Below, piece after piece: positions 24,235 through 38,525 of a stretch of 64,000 bases of DNA. A model generated the notes under the pieces. It made no database searches, had not been told where the DNA came from, and saw only the letters and a program-made list of their open reading frames with translations. Every line of letters begins with the position of its first letter. Positions within the stretch are counted from its first letter, which is position 1. The stretch lies in contig CATOCA020000001.1 in assembly GCA_951406725.2 (NCBI GenBank), positions 9,114,001-9,178,000 on the forward strand, given 5' to 3'. A program made the position numbers and the translations under genes. The stretch is from Octopus vulgaris. Taxonomy: Eukaryota.

Positions 24235-25497
24235 TAGAGGGGTTGGACAAAATAATGGAAACATGTAGCATCATAATTTTGAAATATCTATAAAACTGTC
24301 AAAAGCTTGTTTATATTTATGTTATTTGAATTATTATTAGTATTGCTTAATATGTTTTGCTAAAATTGCTGTTTCTTTTCAGATATCAACAGAAAAAGTT
24401 AACTGAAATTCATTAAAATGACAGATCTATTGGACTTTCAAAGAGGTCAAATTGTGGTGTGCGTATAGCAGGCGCTAGCGTAATGAAAACAGCCGAAGTG
24501 TTTGGTGTATCATGAAGTCCTGTCTCAAAAGTAATGACAGCCTTTGAGGAAGTGGGAAAAACCTTCTAGTCAAAACAAAACTCTGGAAGAAAACCAAAAC
24601 CTTCAGATAAGGACTGTTGGACTCTTACGCAAATTGTTAGAAAGGATCACAAAAGTACAGCTCCCAAAGTAACTGTAGAGCTTAATAACCATCTCAAGAA
24701 CCCAGTTTCCATAAAACTGATTGCTGGGAGTTGCACAAAGCTGGATTTCATGGGAGGGCTGCAATCAGAAAACCACTACTTTCAAAAACCAACTTTGCAA
24801 AGCATTTAGAGTGGGGTAAAAACCTACAAAACTGATCCCTAGAGCAGTGGAAGAATGTCATTTTCTTGGACAAGTCATCTTTTACCATATTTCTGACCAC
24901 TGGCCGAGTATACATGTGGAGACATCCAAAACAAGCCTTTGACCCAGACTACCTTCTTCCAACTGTTAAACATGGAGGAGGATCTATGATGATCTGAGAG
25001 GTGGGGGCTATATCTTGGAAATCTGCCAGCCCAATGATTTCCCTTCATGGCAGACTATTTAAGCATTTTATCTGATCAAATTCATCCTATGATTGCAGAA
25101 CTGTTTCTGAAGGGAAATGCAATCTTTCAGGATGATAATGCACCAATTCATAGAGCAGCTAAAGTTGTTACTGAATGGCATGAGAAACATTCTAGAGAAG
25201 TTGAACATCTTATCTTGCCACCACAGCCTCCAGATCTCAATATTATTGAACATTTGTGGTGCATTTTAGGAAAACAGGAAAAGGAGTCAATATCCTCCAC
25301 CATCATCACTGCAAGAATTGGGGACTCTTTTAGCTGAAAAATGGACAAAAATTCTTTTGGAAACAATTCAAACTTTGTACAAGTTCATACCTTGTAGAAT
25401 TCAAGCTGTAATTACTGCTACAGGCAGCCCTACCCCATATTAAAATAAATTTGTTTGAAATTTTAAGGTGTTTCCATTATTTTGTCCAACTCCTGTA
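24235..25497 (+). mobile_element. Full-length degenerate Tc1 DNA transposon
   Basis: TIRs gttggacaaaataatggaaaca / tgtttccattattttgtccaac with TA flanks; DLLDFQRGQI, TVKHGGG, FQDDNAPIH, PPQPPDLNIIEHLW (DD34E). Confidence 0.92.
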
Positions 25498-25511
25498 TGT
25501 TTACACAATAT

Positions 25512-25567
<56 letters not shown>

Positions 25568-25799
25568 GCCAGAAGATGAGGTCCAGAGATTTTCAGTGTA
25601 GAAGACACTTAGTAGTGCTCAAATGATCCAAACTTAGACTCATACCTTTACAGGGAATCAATTCCACAGGATTTTTAAAAATCATAACCTAGGTATCTCA
25701 TTCGAAAATGACACACACTGGAAACATCTTAAATCTATATCACCCTTTCTAGAAACCCTATCAATCATTACAATATATCTACATCCTATCAAATTACCC

Positions 25800-27330
25800 T
25801 AAACTTACTCCTAATAGAATAGTCACAGATATTTTTATCAGAATCTCCAGCTTATCTACTAACAAAGATATTTTTAATAATCATGCCCCACACTATAACC
25901 AAGCTCAGCAGATAAGTGGTTTCTGTAAAAAGAACTCTTATATCTCCAACACTAAACTTAAGGCAAAAATTGCACATTTCTTTCCTAGAGCAGGTAGGAA
26001 GACCACAGAGTAGGTAGGAAAACCACAGAACAGGTAGGAAAACTTGCAATTATTAGGTGTTTCAATTCAGCCCTCTTGGAGGTTTCTGTCAATGCAAAAA
26101 TGTAGTCTACAAGTGCAGAGTAATAATACTATGCTCCCACCAAGTAAGGGTCTATAACGACAGAATGTCAATTTCAAGCACTGCTACTGAGCACAAATGG
26201 ACTCTTTCTCCAATCCAAATTCTAAATATTCTACCACCTTAGCAACTTAAATACATAACCACAAATCCCAAAACTACTCTATCCCGATCCATTATAAGGA
26301 GGCTCCCTCGTTCAGCTCAAACCTTGGTATTTGTAAGGGATCACTAATCATCCTTTGCAACCACAATCCCTGATTACTTAATAGATTCTCAGATGTAATA
26401 CTCTCTTGTAAAAACAGGTTCTACTCATCATTTACTCATTTTATTAAATCTATATAATCTCATAACAATGATTATCATTAATTATAATTAACCTTGGGGT
26501 ACAACAAGGTTAGCGAAGCAATGCATCTTCTCCAGTAATACCATCCTTCTCATGATTACCTTTGAAATTCTTCTTACCCACAACATACCACCTCCCTCAC
26601 AAATTGTATTCTTTCCCCATTGTCTCAATTCTCACCTTCAATCAAGAGCACTTGCAACTACCACAATCAATTAGCTACTAAACAATCAACATCCACCCCT
26701 CTACCCAATTTCATACACCTTTGCAAACCTCAGTACTCCCCCTCCACCACCAATCCACCTTCATTATAGTACTAACCACAGCTACCCTATCACCGACTAA
26801 CTCCCCACTCTATGCACCTCCCTTTATCTTCTCTCATATCTTTGTTCATACTTTAGTAATCTCCTTCTGTTGCCTAATTAGAGTCTTTCCCTCCCTCAAA
26901 TAATTGTCATCCCTTTTCTCACTATCTCAACACTATACACAAACCCAATAATTGACTACCCTTCAATTACTACCCACTGCATCCCTCCCACTCATCTCTC
27001 AACTCTCCACATCGACTACCACTTCCTTAATACTTCCATTCTTAAGTCGCCACTCTCTTTCTGAACTAGTTTATTTATCTCCTCTCACCATTCTGTCTTA
27101 ACACTCGCCATAACTCCATCCTACCTCCTTCCTCTAATACTGCTTGCTCTCCACATTTAATCTGTCCACCTTTGCACTTCTTGATGGCAGCTCAATTTAT
27201 CCAATTCTGATTGCCTTCTATTATGGCCTACATACTGTGATGAATACATCTACCAACATTCTCCCAGAAACAGCTGTTAGACTTATATCCTCCCCTTTAA
27301 TTTTCTCTGTCATTTGCACTCTGTAAGTTG
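25800..27330 (+). mobile_element. Highly degenerate Penelope-like 3' fragment
   Basis: PLGGFCQCKNVVYKCRV and SCKNRFLL-like ends; decayed hammerhead ctgtgatga...GAAACAGCTGTT near 27235-27290. Confidence 0.55.
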
Positions 27331-27345
27331 GATCTACTCCTTTTC

Positions 27346-27426
<81 letters not shown>

Positions 27427-27869
27427 GCATGGATATATAGTTATGTCATCACTTCATCATTTAAAGTCTGTTTTCAATGCTTACATGCTTTGTTAGAAGC
27501 TGGTAAGCTAGAAGACTGTGCCAAGTTCAACTGTCTGTTCTGGCATGGCTTCTACAGCTGGATGCTTTTCTTAATGCTCACCACTTTACACACTGTACTA
27601 GGTGCCTTTTATGTGACAGCAGCCCTGGTGAAATCACAAAGTATTTTACAAGACAAAAACCCTCAACAGAGGAGGGAGTAGTATTGAGGGAGGTAGTTTT
27701 GTGCCATGTGTGTATCTAATGGGAGACCACAAGAAGTTACATTATTAACCATGCATTGTTAGGAATCCACAGTTGGGTATGTCACAGAATATATACACAT
27801 GACAAAACAAGAAAGTTTGTGTATAAACTATTTAATTCGTACCAGCTTACACATGTTTCATAAACAAAA

Positions 27870-28690
27870 AAGAAACTATACAACTAAATTCTTTTTGGTA
27901 TTGCTTCCAATTCCTTACATTCTGAGTTCTAATCCCACTGAAGTCAACTTGACTCATCCCCTCAATCCAAAAATTGTTGCATTTGTGCAAAATTTGATAG
28001 ACATTATAACAACAACAATAATAATAATTATTATTAAGGTAGTGAGGTGACAAAAATCATTAGTATGCTAGACAAAATGCTTTGCAGCATTTTCTTCATC
28101 TTTATGTTGTGTTAAAATTCTGTGAAGATTGACTGCCTTTGATCCTTAGAGGGAGGGAGAAGGCTTGATAAAATAAGTATTAGTTGAACCCTGGGGTCGA
28201 TATAATTGATTTATCCTCCCCCCTAAATATTGCTGGCCTTATGTTTAAATTTGAGACATTTAACCTTATTATTATAAGGGCATGAGCTGGCAGGATCATT
28301 GCTGTGTTGGACAAGAAGCTTTGTGGTATTTCTTCTGGCTCTACATTCTGAATTCAAATACCACTGAACTCAGCTTTGCCTTTCATCTTTTTGGGGTCAA
28401 TAATATAAAATACTAATTTAGTAGAGGGATAATGTAATCAACTTGTCCTACCCACTAAAAGTACTAAAAGTTGAAACTATTATCATTAAGAGCAGGATTA
28501 TAAGAACATGGAAAAAATGATCAGTGATACTTCTGTTCATACTTTATGTTCTGAGTTCAAATCTTGCCTGAATCAACTTTGCTTTTCATTGCTTTAAGTT
28601 TGATTAAGTACCAATTATAGGGGTGAATGTAATTTACATTTTTTCCTCCCCTTAAAAATGCTGGCCTTGTGCCAAACTTTGAAAGTTACT
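27870..28690 (+). repeat. Head-to-tail array of about 4 diverged ~220-bp SINE-like units
   Basis: Recurring ttctgagttcaaat...aactttgcctttcatc...gctggccttgtg blocks; isolated copies near 4100, 48060 and 57940. Confidence 0.65.
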
Positions 28691-28707
28691 AATGTTTTTA
28701 AAATTTT

Positions 28708-28739
<32 letters not shown>

Positions 28740-28925
28740 ATAGAGGTAGTGGAGGTACTGGTAGAAGTAGTAGTAGTAAGAAGAGGAGTAGCAATGGTAG
28801 TAGTAATGGTGGTGGTTTCGGTTGCAGAAATGGTCATGGTAACAGATTAGAGTTACAAGAAGAGCATGTCCGTAACACTAAATTACTGTAATTATTTTAA
28901 CCAATAGCATATATGATTTTCATAC

Positions 28926-28974
28926 AATCATTTTTTGTTTTCTTTAAATTTTTTATCTGATTCCTCTTTGAATA
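28926..28974 (-). CDS. Candidate basic juxtamembrane exon (49 nt, phase 0-1), YSKRNQIKNLKKTKND
   Basis: tttgattgacag|TAT TCA AAG AGG ... AAT GAT T|gtatga; only this frame is open; lies between the Ig exons and the tyrosine exons. Confidence 0.35.
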
Positions 28975-29193
28975 CTGTCAATCAAACACATTATCATAGA
29001 CATGAATGATCACTACTGCCATGCACCTATCAATGCTACAACCCCAACCAAAAACAGAAAACAGTATCCACACATACATTTAGTTTTTGGATTATTCTTT
29101 AATGTTATTAACAATAAGAAAGTGGTATCTATAATTAAATATGTCATAGAAAAGAGGAAATAATTTATGTTTCATTCAAAATAATTATATATA

Positions 29194-29615
29194 TCATCAT
29201 CATCATCATCATCATTTAGCGTCCGTTTTCCATGCTAGCATGGGTTGGACGGTTCAACTGGGGTCTGGGGAGCCCGAAGGCTGCACCAGGCCAGTCAGAT
29301 CTGGCAGTGTTTCTACAGCTGGATGCCCTTCCTAACGCCAACCACTCCGAGAGTGTAGTGGGTGATTTTATGTGCCACCGACACAGGTGCCAGACGAGGC
29401 TGGCGAACGGCCACACTCGGATGGTGTTTTTATGTGCCACCGACACAGGTGCCAGACGAGGCTGGCAGACGGCCACGCTCGGATGGTGTTTTTATGTGCC
29501 ACCGACACAGGTGCCAGATGAGGCTGGCGGACGGCCACGATCGGATGGTGTTTGTTACGTCCCCAAAGCACGGAGGCCAGTCTATGCGGTACTGGCTACG
29601 GCCACGTTCGGATGA
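29194..29615 (-). mobile_element. RTE 3'UTR fragment with about 4 tandem units of ~62 bp
   Basis: (CAT)n terminus plus repeats tatgtgccaccgacacaggtgccagacgaggctggc. Confidence 0.85.
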
Positions 29616-30304
29616 TTTATATCATATATGATAACACAGAGCACAAGTGTGATTAAGGCCCAATGATGGCTGTGTGGCTGAGAAGATTGCTTCTCAACCA
29701 CATGGTCTTGGGTTCAGTCTCATAGTGTGGCACATAAGCTAGATAAATAAATACTATGATAACGATGCTAGGTAAATGGTGGAAGTCATAGAAGGATGTG
29801 ATTTCACAGCTGCAGTAGGGAGATCCACCTACAAAGTGGGAAACATGAACAAACCTAACATTTAATGAAAAGATTTCTAGACTAGACATGTAAGAGGCAA
29901 GAAATTTGCAAGCTGGAACGACAACAACTTTACTAGGAGAGCAGTAACCTCTAAATGAAAAAGTGTTACAGTGTAGAAGAAACCAGAAAGACCAGCTTTC
30001 TAGTGTCACTGACATGATAGTATACACTATGATACAAAGTAGTTAGTTATTTGAAAAACCATACCAAAATTATGTTAATCATAAATGCTATGTAAAATCC
30101 TATCCATGACATATAAGAAAGTGTGAGAGCACTTAGCTCCAGTCACTCTTGAACTTCCTTAGCCAGATTTGTAGATAACTCATGCTGACTTCTCATGCAA
30201 AGGAAAACATATATCTTGTTCAACTGTATAAAGAAATACAGACTTTGAAATGAAACATCCTGATAATACCAGCTCCCCCCACTCTCTCTTCTTTCTTTAT
30301 ATAA

Positions 30305-30336
<32 letters not shown>

Positions 30337-33300
30337 CTCCATCTATTTCTGATTTGAAGTCATAGGAAGAATGGTGCATTAATTCTTTCTTTCATGAGAA
30401 AGCTACCTGCAGGAATTTATCTATTTATGATAATTTATCTATTTATGAATCAGCCCTACCAATCAATGCCAAGGCTGCCTATGTATGGAATGAAATATGT
30501 AAAAACAATATATGTAGTAAAATAAGGAATAGATCCTCAAACATTAAGCATCTTCCTTATATTTCCACTAAGAATTACCTTGTATTTCAATAGTTAAGCT
30601 TTATAAAGAGAAATTGATTGAGTTTAGCTTTGGTCTTTACAAATACTTCGACAAAGGCTTTTTAAGACTGAAATATAGAAATATAAGGCAAAAGCTGAAG
30701 TTTTTTGAGTTTGCTTTTGTTTACACTCTTTTATAACAAGCTAGATCAGTGTTGGCTTTCTAAAATACTTTCAATTCAATTTCATAATGACACATATATA
30801 CTATACCACATATACATACATACATACATACATGTGTACGTACATACATGCAAAGATGAGCATATATGAGCAGAAAACTATGCATGTATATGTTAGTAGA
30901 AAGCTCTGAGATGATAGTAACATTGATCATCAAAGCAGTCTATCATTGACCAACAGCCGGGTTATGACCTTCCACTTTGAAGGGGATGCGTTTGCAATCC
31001 TGGAACAGGAAACATCAACGAAGTACCTGATGCACAAAATGGATAGAGATGTGGGAAAAGCAATGAAATGTGACAAACCATGCAGACCTTGTGAGTTGAC
31101 ACCAAAGACATCACCCACATCATAAGCAGTTGTCTGAAACTATTATCCCAATATTATCTTCCGATAAGATAAGATGTTGTAGCTAGGATATTCTCTAATA
31201 TGTAACCTGTCAGAAGGATAACCCCAAGGACAAAGAAATAAAATCCCACTGTATGGTAGAAGTCAAAGCCACTCATAATAAAAAAAAAGAGTACTAGTGG
31301 AATGTTCCAGTGAAAATCTCAATAAAATGTAAGCACAACAAACCTAATATAATGATCTAGGTTAGAAATCAGCTCTCTCTCTAAATCTTGAAATCAAACG
31401 GAATCATGACATGCATACATATGGAAAACAAATGCTAAATGATGATGATGATGATAAAGAAACATCATCATCACCATCATTTAACATCTGTTTTCTATAG
31501 ACATTTGTGTGTGTGACAGAAAGTGTGTAAGGGATAAATTATCCAGGTGGGTACTGTAATAGCTCCCAGTTATATTTCAGGTTATGGCTAATTGAATAAA
31601 GTATCAATGCTCACTTAGTATGAGCAATCTTGCTTTGATTCTTTTGATGGGTGACTCTCGATTCATTCCTCTGGATCATGAATATTATTAGGAGTGTAAA
31701 TTTCAAACAATTACAAGAAATACAGAGACTGGTACATCATCAAATTTTTCTTTTCATTTTACAGTTGGTCATACATAATTAGTTGGTTAAAATGACCAAC
31801 ATGTTTCTGCTCCACAGACTATGTACAAATGCACATGCAACCCAGCATAATATGCTGTGCACCTTCATTCAGGGTCTTTCAACAAGTGTAGTTTGAAGCA
31901 AACTGAGTTTATTTATTTTTTCATGGCAAGTTTATTTCCTTATTTTCCCCTGTTTAAGATATAAAGGGAAGTGATGAGGGATATGTTGAAATCTGATATG
32001 GCTATAAAGTTTATCTTTAGGCTGCCGGCTAATTAACATCAGTTCCAGGAGGAAATTGGGAGTTTTATATATATATATTAAATTAGGTCAAAGTATATCT
32101 TAGTGTTTTGATAGGCTTTTTCTTTATGTTACAAGAGATTGAATAGAATTAATATCAAATTTTGTTATATTGATGGAGTTCTGTCAATATATTGTTTATG
32201 AAATCCAGAAGGAAGGTACACTTTAAAGCGAGTTTTATGTTATACATAAGTTATTGTACCTGTATGTGTTAGAATGACTTTAAAAAACAAAAAAATGGAA
32301 AATATTTTAAGCTAGTGATTAAAACGATATTTAGTTGAAAGTTGGTCAGATAAAGTTCCAACATATACTTCTACCATTCAGCACCCCACTTTTGTGTATT
32401 GGATATCATTTTTACTTCCATATAAGTGGAGCATCAACAAGCATTAAGGTGAAACTGGCAAATCAATTAAATTCATTTGAGGATAGAAATAAGTTGAACA
32501 ACACTAGCTTCAGTCCATTCATCTTGTTGCTTAAGGATGAAAATGCTAACTTTAGTATAGAATGAGAAAAAAATAGCATGGTTATACCTTATAAAACAAG
32601 GATGAAGAGTTGTGATTTGTGCATAGAAAAATGTACCATATTTTTACATTGAAACACTTATTGCTAAATAGGAGAGAAGAAGAGGCCTTGAGATGTTTAC
32701 ATCTGCATGGTAAAGCCTCTCAGGATTTTCATACAGGTATTGGGTAGAATGATAACACAGTCTTCTCACTTGCACACCACAGTGAATGCCTCTGATGCTT
32801 AGTTTTTCTGTCTGCACAATTCTGCATAAAGAAGTGCAGATCACTGAAAGTGGATGGTATCTGCAGAAAAGGGAGACCCAAGAAGTCATGAAATGAAGTA
32901 GTAAGGACCGATCTCAGGATGTTAGTGAAACTGAGTCCTAGAAGTGTTGTGTCACACCAAAGTTAACAAGAAAACTTCTCTCACACCTTACCACAACAAA
33001 CTAAACCACATTTCTACATCTCTTCTCTTCCTTGCATTTCCACTTCATACACTATGCTTACCTTCCACTTCCCAATCCTGTCCTCTTGGCCACTTAAAAA
33101 GCATCCAGTCTACACTGAAAAATGGTTAGCATTTGTAAGGGCATCCAAACCTTGCCTGTGCTTGTGCCATGTAAAAATCACTAAGCCCACTCTGGTGAGT
33201 GGTTGGTGTTAGGAAGGGCATCCAGCTGTAAAAATCCTGCCCAAACAGTAACAGAAGTCTGGTGCAGGATTCTGCCTCGCCAGCTCCTATCAAATTGTCC

Positions 33301-34707
33301 TACCCATGCCAGCATGGGAAGTGGATGTTAAACGATGATGATGATGTTATGCATGTTGTCTATACAACTGGAATATACCTGATGCATTTCTTTCCGGACA
33401 TTTAGCATCCACAGGGAGAACCTCTCTGTTGTCAACAAAGGCAGTTGCTCCCTGGACTTTTATAACCTATCCTTACTCCACCTATTATGCTTTCACAACA
33501 CTCATTTCTAATGCTGATTAAGACAGTTAAGTTACGGAAGATACCGACTATTATCAAACTTGAGAAATTTCCTTTATTTCTTGGGAGTGCTTTTATGAAG
33601 GAAATCCCTTTCTCTATAAGCCTGTCTTGTACCTTTTGTGTACTTATTGTTTACATTGGTTATATAGTATAGAGTGTTTACTGGCTCCCTTTCTACATAA
33701 TGAGTGTGGCTACATCCAGTTTGGAGTAGTGTTTTGTTTTATTTTCTGCAAGCTAAAAATTTCATTTTTGCCAAAGTAACCTTTAGGCCCTTTCATTCTA
33801 GGCTCTGCTTTTATGTTAGGAACTTTTCTCCAAAACCTTTACCTGAACTGATTATGAGTACCTATGGCTGCATTTATGTAGAACGAATTGTTCTTGATGG
33901 TTGACCACTTAATATCTTACTTTTTTGCAACATGGTCTCTTAATAATTTGTCTGTCTAACTAAATTCATCTTTTCCTCATACTTAAAGGCGAAGTTTGTT
34001 TAAAGAAATGGCTAAACAATACTGTAGCATCTAAAAACAAGGAATCTCTAACTTAGTTACTCGTTGTCAATTATTGTAGCATTGCCACTATTTATAATGA
34101 TACTTGTTTACACTATAACTATGTAGTAACAATAAATATGTAATGAAGCAGGGTCACAACCTAACAATACAACAAGTGCTCCACAAACTATAAATGAATC
34201 AACAAGTGATATTCTGACAAACTCTCCAAATGACACTTTACGACTTTCTGCAATTAACGCCTATTCTCTCTCATTCTGACCCCTATTATTTATAGTCGTT
34301 CAGTCGAGTCTGTTCTCACAGGGGGTGTCATGACTCTCGCCACAACACAGGGAAAGGATGAAAAGATCATAACTAGAATGCCTTTGGTAAAATGTCTGTT
34401 CAATCAAGGCTAACTTATTAAGATATAATGTTTTCCAGCTTTTTCATTACCTTTAACTCGAGATGATTGACTTAACCACTGAACAGATTGTTTCCTTTCA
34501 GCTTATATTCAGTTTCTTGGATGCTGCTCTTGAATTTCATTTCTAAAATATAGTTGGCATTTCTTATGCATCACAAACTTTGAAAAGTATTCTATAGAAT
34601 ATCTTTTAAAGAAGCAGGTAGGTAAGCCAAAATGCAAATTTCTTAAAAACAAAACTTAACTTTTGCTGATGAAGTCCTATTAAATTCATAAAATAATTAT
34701 AAAATAA

Positions 34708-34767
34708 ATCATCATCATCACCATCGTCGTCGTCGTCATCATCATCATCACCATCATCATCATCACC

Positions 34768-34831
<64 letters not shown>

Positions 34832-34848
34832 CCATCATCATCATCACC

Positions 34849-34902
<54 letters not shown>

Positions 34903-34915
34903 GTCGTCGTCGTCT
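34708..34915. repeat. (CAT/CAC/CGT)n microsatellite
   Basis: Explains the poly-M ORF 34686..34901. Confidence 0.95.
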
Positions 34916-35229
34916 AATTGTTCAATATTTGTTAGATTGAGACAAATTTCTACTGCATCACCTGCTACACTGCTGTGTTGCTGGGGGTTGCAGCATTGTA
35001 TGTTCTTTTCTGCTGTTGGGAGTGTGCATCTTCCCAGTACTCTACTGTATTACCTTTTTTCCCTTGAGATGTGGTGCTGTCTTCTGTTGCATTACTGCTT
35101 ATATTATGTGTTGAGTGTGTAGTGCTTTGGCTGTTTTAGCTTGCAGGTGGAAGTATATTTCACTGGGTAAACGATGTATAGAGTGTGTCTTGTATTTGTA
35201 GGTTGTTTTGTTTAGGTTGTATTATTGGA

Positions 35230-35835
35230 TTGATAGTGTCTTGCATAGAATGTGGGCTGTTCCTAGTAGGGCTATTTTTTAAAAAGTGTGTAGTGTTGAG
35301 GATCCAGGTATAGCTTCTACACTTTTGTTCATATGTTTTTTTTATCATGCCCAATGCTCCAGTTATTATTGGTATTATTTTTACCTTCATGCCCCACACT
35401 TTGAATACTTCATTATCACCATTATCATTATTCTTATACACACAACACATTAGACTGTTGGAGAAGAAAAAATCCTAACATTGGGCTACAATACGTAACC
35501 TTAGATGCCAAGAACCCTTCTAAGTATCCTAGCTGTCCCTAATAATACTATTTTCTGCAACTGTACTAAACTGGGTTTTATACCTATTTCCTCTATTCAT
35601 CTTTTCAAATATTTAGAGATATTTCCTAATGCACCTATAAGTACTGGAATACATTTTACCAGCACTTTCCATAGTCTCTGTAATTCAATGGCTAGGTTCT
35701 AATACTTTGCTGTTTTTCTATACCTTTCATATTGATTTTTTCATCATTTGGAACTGTAAAGTCAATTATCTAGCACTTTCTATTCTCCTTATCTACTACT
35801 ACTAAATCAGGCCTTCTAACTTGCAAAATACGATT
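35230..35835 (-). mobile_element. Two tandem 3' fragments of restriction-like-endonuclease non-LTR elements (R4/Dong/NeSL-type)
   Basis: RRPDLVVVDK...IIDFTVP...KY..LAIELQRLW...IPVLIGALG...LQKIVLLGTARILRRVL, and a second IIPIITGALG segment. Confidence 0.85.
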
Positions 35836-37011
35836 ATTTGTACCTCTGAGGATTGTGAATGAAATTGTCTTTTTCTTAATGTCAGACACCAATGACCAGA
35901 TGTCCAATCATCGACCACAACTGAGATGGTGATGATGATGATGATGATAATGATATACATATACAACTAATCCACCATTATTGACAATGACCAAGGGTAT
36001 CTCTTGAGACTAGAAGATGGATCACAGTGTTTGGCCGTGGCCATTCAGTCTGATGCATGCTCAGAAGGCTCTTCCACAAATCGGGCACTGGAAGTCTGCT
36101 GGGGCTGAAAGTAAAGAGTTGGCTCTGCATTGTATGCATTTTCACCATGCCCTCACAATCCTGTTCTGTTTGTAGGAGGTGGTACTTCTGTTGGTGTAGT
36201 CAGGCAGGGCAGTCTTGAGCTTGTATTTCCCAGGTACCAGTGTTGATCTGAAAGCTCTTCAGTGTATCCTTGAAGCACTTTTTGTGTTCACCTTGCATGC
36301 ACTTGCCTTCTGTCAGGTCACTGTAAACCAATCTCTGAGGGAGTTGCATGTCAGGCATTTGAACAAGATGGGTCTCAACTTTTGACTTGTCTAACTAGGT
36401 GATTTCCAACAACTTTCTAGGGCAGTGATATCAAAGCAATTTAGCTTTTCGGTGTGACATATCTAAACCATACAAATCTCACAGGCATACAATAGCATAG
36501 GCAGTAAAGCTGCTTCATACACCTTTACCTTGGTGACCAGCCGAATACCTCTCCTCACCTACAGTGATTTGGCTGCCTGGACAAATTCACCAGTATGGTG
36601 TGTCAGTTTCACAACAACATGCTTGCTCAAGTACTGGATCAAGGAGTTTCTTCCTCTGACACATTCCCAGTCACTCATGAAGTCAAGAAGGGCTGTGTAC
36701 TTGCACCTATGCTATTCAGCATGAGGTACTCAGCCATGCTGTTGGATGCTTCTGCAATGATGATAAAACCAGCATCAAGATCATATTCACTACTGATGGC
36801 AGACTCTTTAATCTGGGGAGGCTACAGGCCAAAACCAAGATGGAAGAAGACTCAGTGTATGACCTTTAGGTGTTTTAGCAACCAGTGCTATGAGGGAGTC
36901 ATCCCCAAGTGCTATGCTGCAGTGACTCTGGCAAACAAACAAAACACATACATGGAATATGTGCAACCAATAATGTTTACAACATTAGAGTTGCTTTTAA
37001 TTCATTACTGA

Positions 37012-37045
<34 letters not shown>

Positions 37046-37137
37046 TTAGAGACAAAACCACTATTAAGCAAATCAAACAAAGAAAGACTTAATCCAATAC
37101 ATAAAAAATTTATATAAATTAAATAAAATTAAATTCG

Positions 37138-37183
37138 CCACTACAATTGTTTCGTGTCTCTTCTAAGGACATTCATCAGGTGG
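37138..37183 (-). ncRNA. Minimal type-I hammerhead ribozyme (Penelope pLTR)
   Basis: Reverse complement of 38339-38384. Confidence 0.75.
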
Positions 37184-38338
37184 TATTCAGATCTAAAAAT
37201 AATCAATATTTTTAAGATATAAATTTAAAATGACTAAAAAATATAAATAAAATAAATTTATCAATGAAAAATATATATATAATCTATATATAATCTATAT
37301 ATAATCAAGAACTAAAATAACCTCTATAAACTATTGAATATAATGAAACCTAGTATTTAAGTTCTCATATTTAAAGATGAAGAATCTAATTTCAAAACAA
37401 AAAGCAAAACTAAAATATATATACACACATCCTCATACACATATATCTAAGTATATATATAAAAACATATCTAAATACATACACTAACTCACACACACAC
37501 ATATATATATCTCTATACATACACATAAACATCTAGGCAACGATAAATTAATAAAGTAGCCGTATACTACTACACATTACTTATTCATACTCCCACTCAC
37601 ACACATACAACCCTCATTCATAAAAACACTCACTCAGCATGACAACAACACATAGGAAACACCACATCCAGCAGCTGCAGATACTCAACCACAACCCACA
37701 GAAACATTTTATTCTTAGCAAGAAACTACCAAATTCCATATACCACATATATACAACAACCATACATAAATACTTAAAACAAACACACACACATATTCCA
37801 AATACCACATACATACAGCAAACATACACAAATACGCAAACAAACACACACACACTCACACATTCACACATACATAAACACCCAAAAGAAAACAACATTT
37901 CTACACATAAACAATGCACACCCACACACACACAATCACTTACACACAACCGCACTCCCACCGCAACACTCCAACACAGAGGAGTAACAAATTCAGCAGA
38001 TACATATATAGAGATATATATATGTGTGTGTGAGTTAGTGTATGTATTTAGATATGTTTTTATATATATACTTAGATATATGTGTATGAGCATGTGTGTA
38101 TATATATTTTAGTTTTGCTTTTTGTTTTGAAATTAGATTCTTCATCTTTAAATATGAGAACTTAAATACTAGGTTTCATTATATTCAATAGTTTATAGAG
38201 GTTATTTTAGTTCTTGATTATATATAGATTATATATAGATTATATATATATTTTTCATTGATAAATTTATTTTATTTATATTTTTTAGTCATTTTAAATT
38301 TATATCTTAAAAATATTGATTATTTTTAGATCTGAATA

Positions 38339-38384
38339 CCACCTGATGAATGTCCTTAGAAGAGACACGAAACAATTGTAGTGG
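38339..38384 (+). ncRNA. Minimal type-I hammerhead ribozyme (Penelope pLTR)
   Basis: CCAC-CUGAUGA-AUGUC..GACAC-GAAA-CAAUUG-U-A-GUGG; stem I CCAC/GUGG, palindromic stem III ACAAUUGU, GUA cleavage triplet. Confidence 0.78.
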
Positions 38385-38479
38385 CAATTTAATTTTATTT
38401 AATTTATATAAATTTTTTATGTATTGGATTAAGTCTTTCTTTGTTTGATTTGCTTAATAGTGGTTTTGTCTCTAATTAA

Positions 38480-38525
<46 letters not shown>

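Noticed and set aside
29078-29128. 51-nt AG/GT-bounded segment (xTTFLLLITLKNNPKTK) on the minus strand
   Set aside because: Open only in phase 1, incompatible with the adjacent phase-0 candidate exon; no motif; may be chance.
34090-34215. Hydrophobic minus-strand frame FIVCGALVVLLGC as the missing TM exon
   Set aside because: Too short, followed by D/P, no convincing donor, and runs into a stop.
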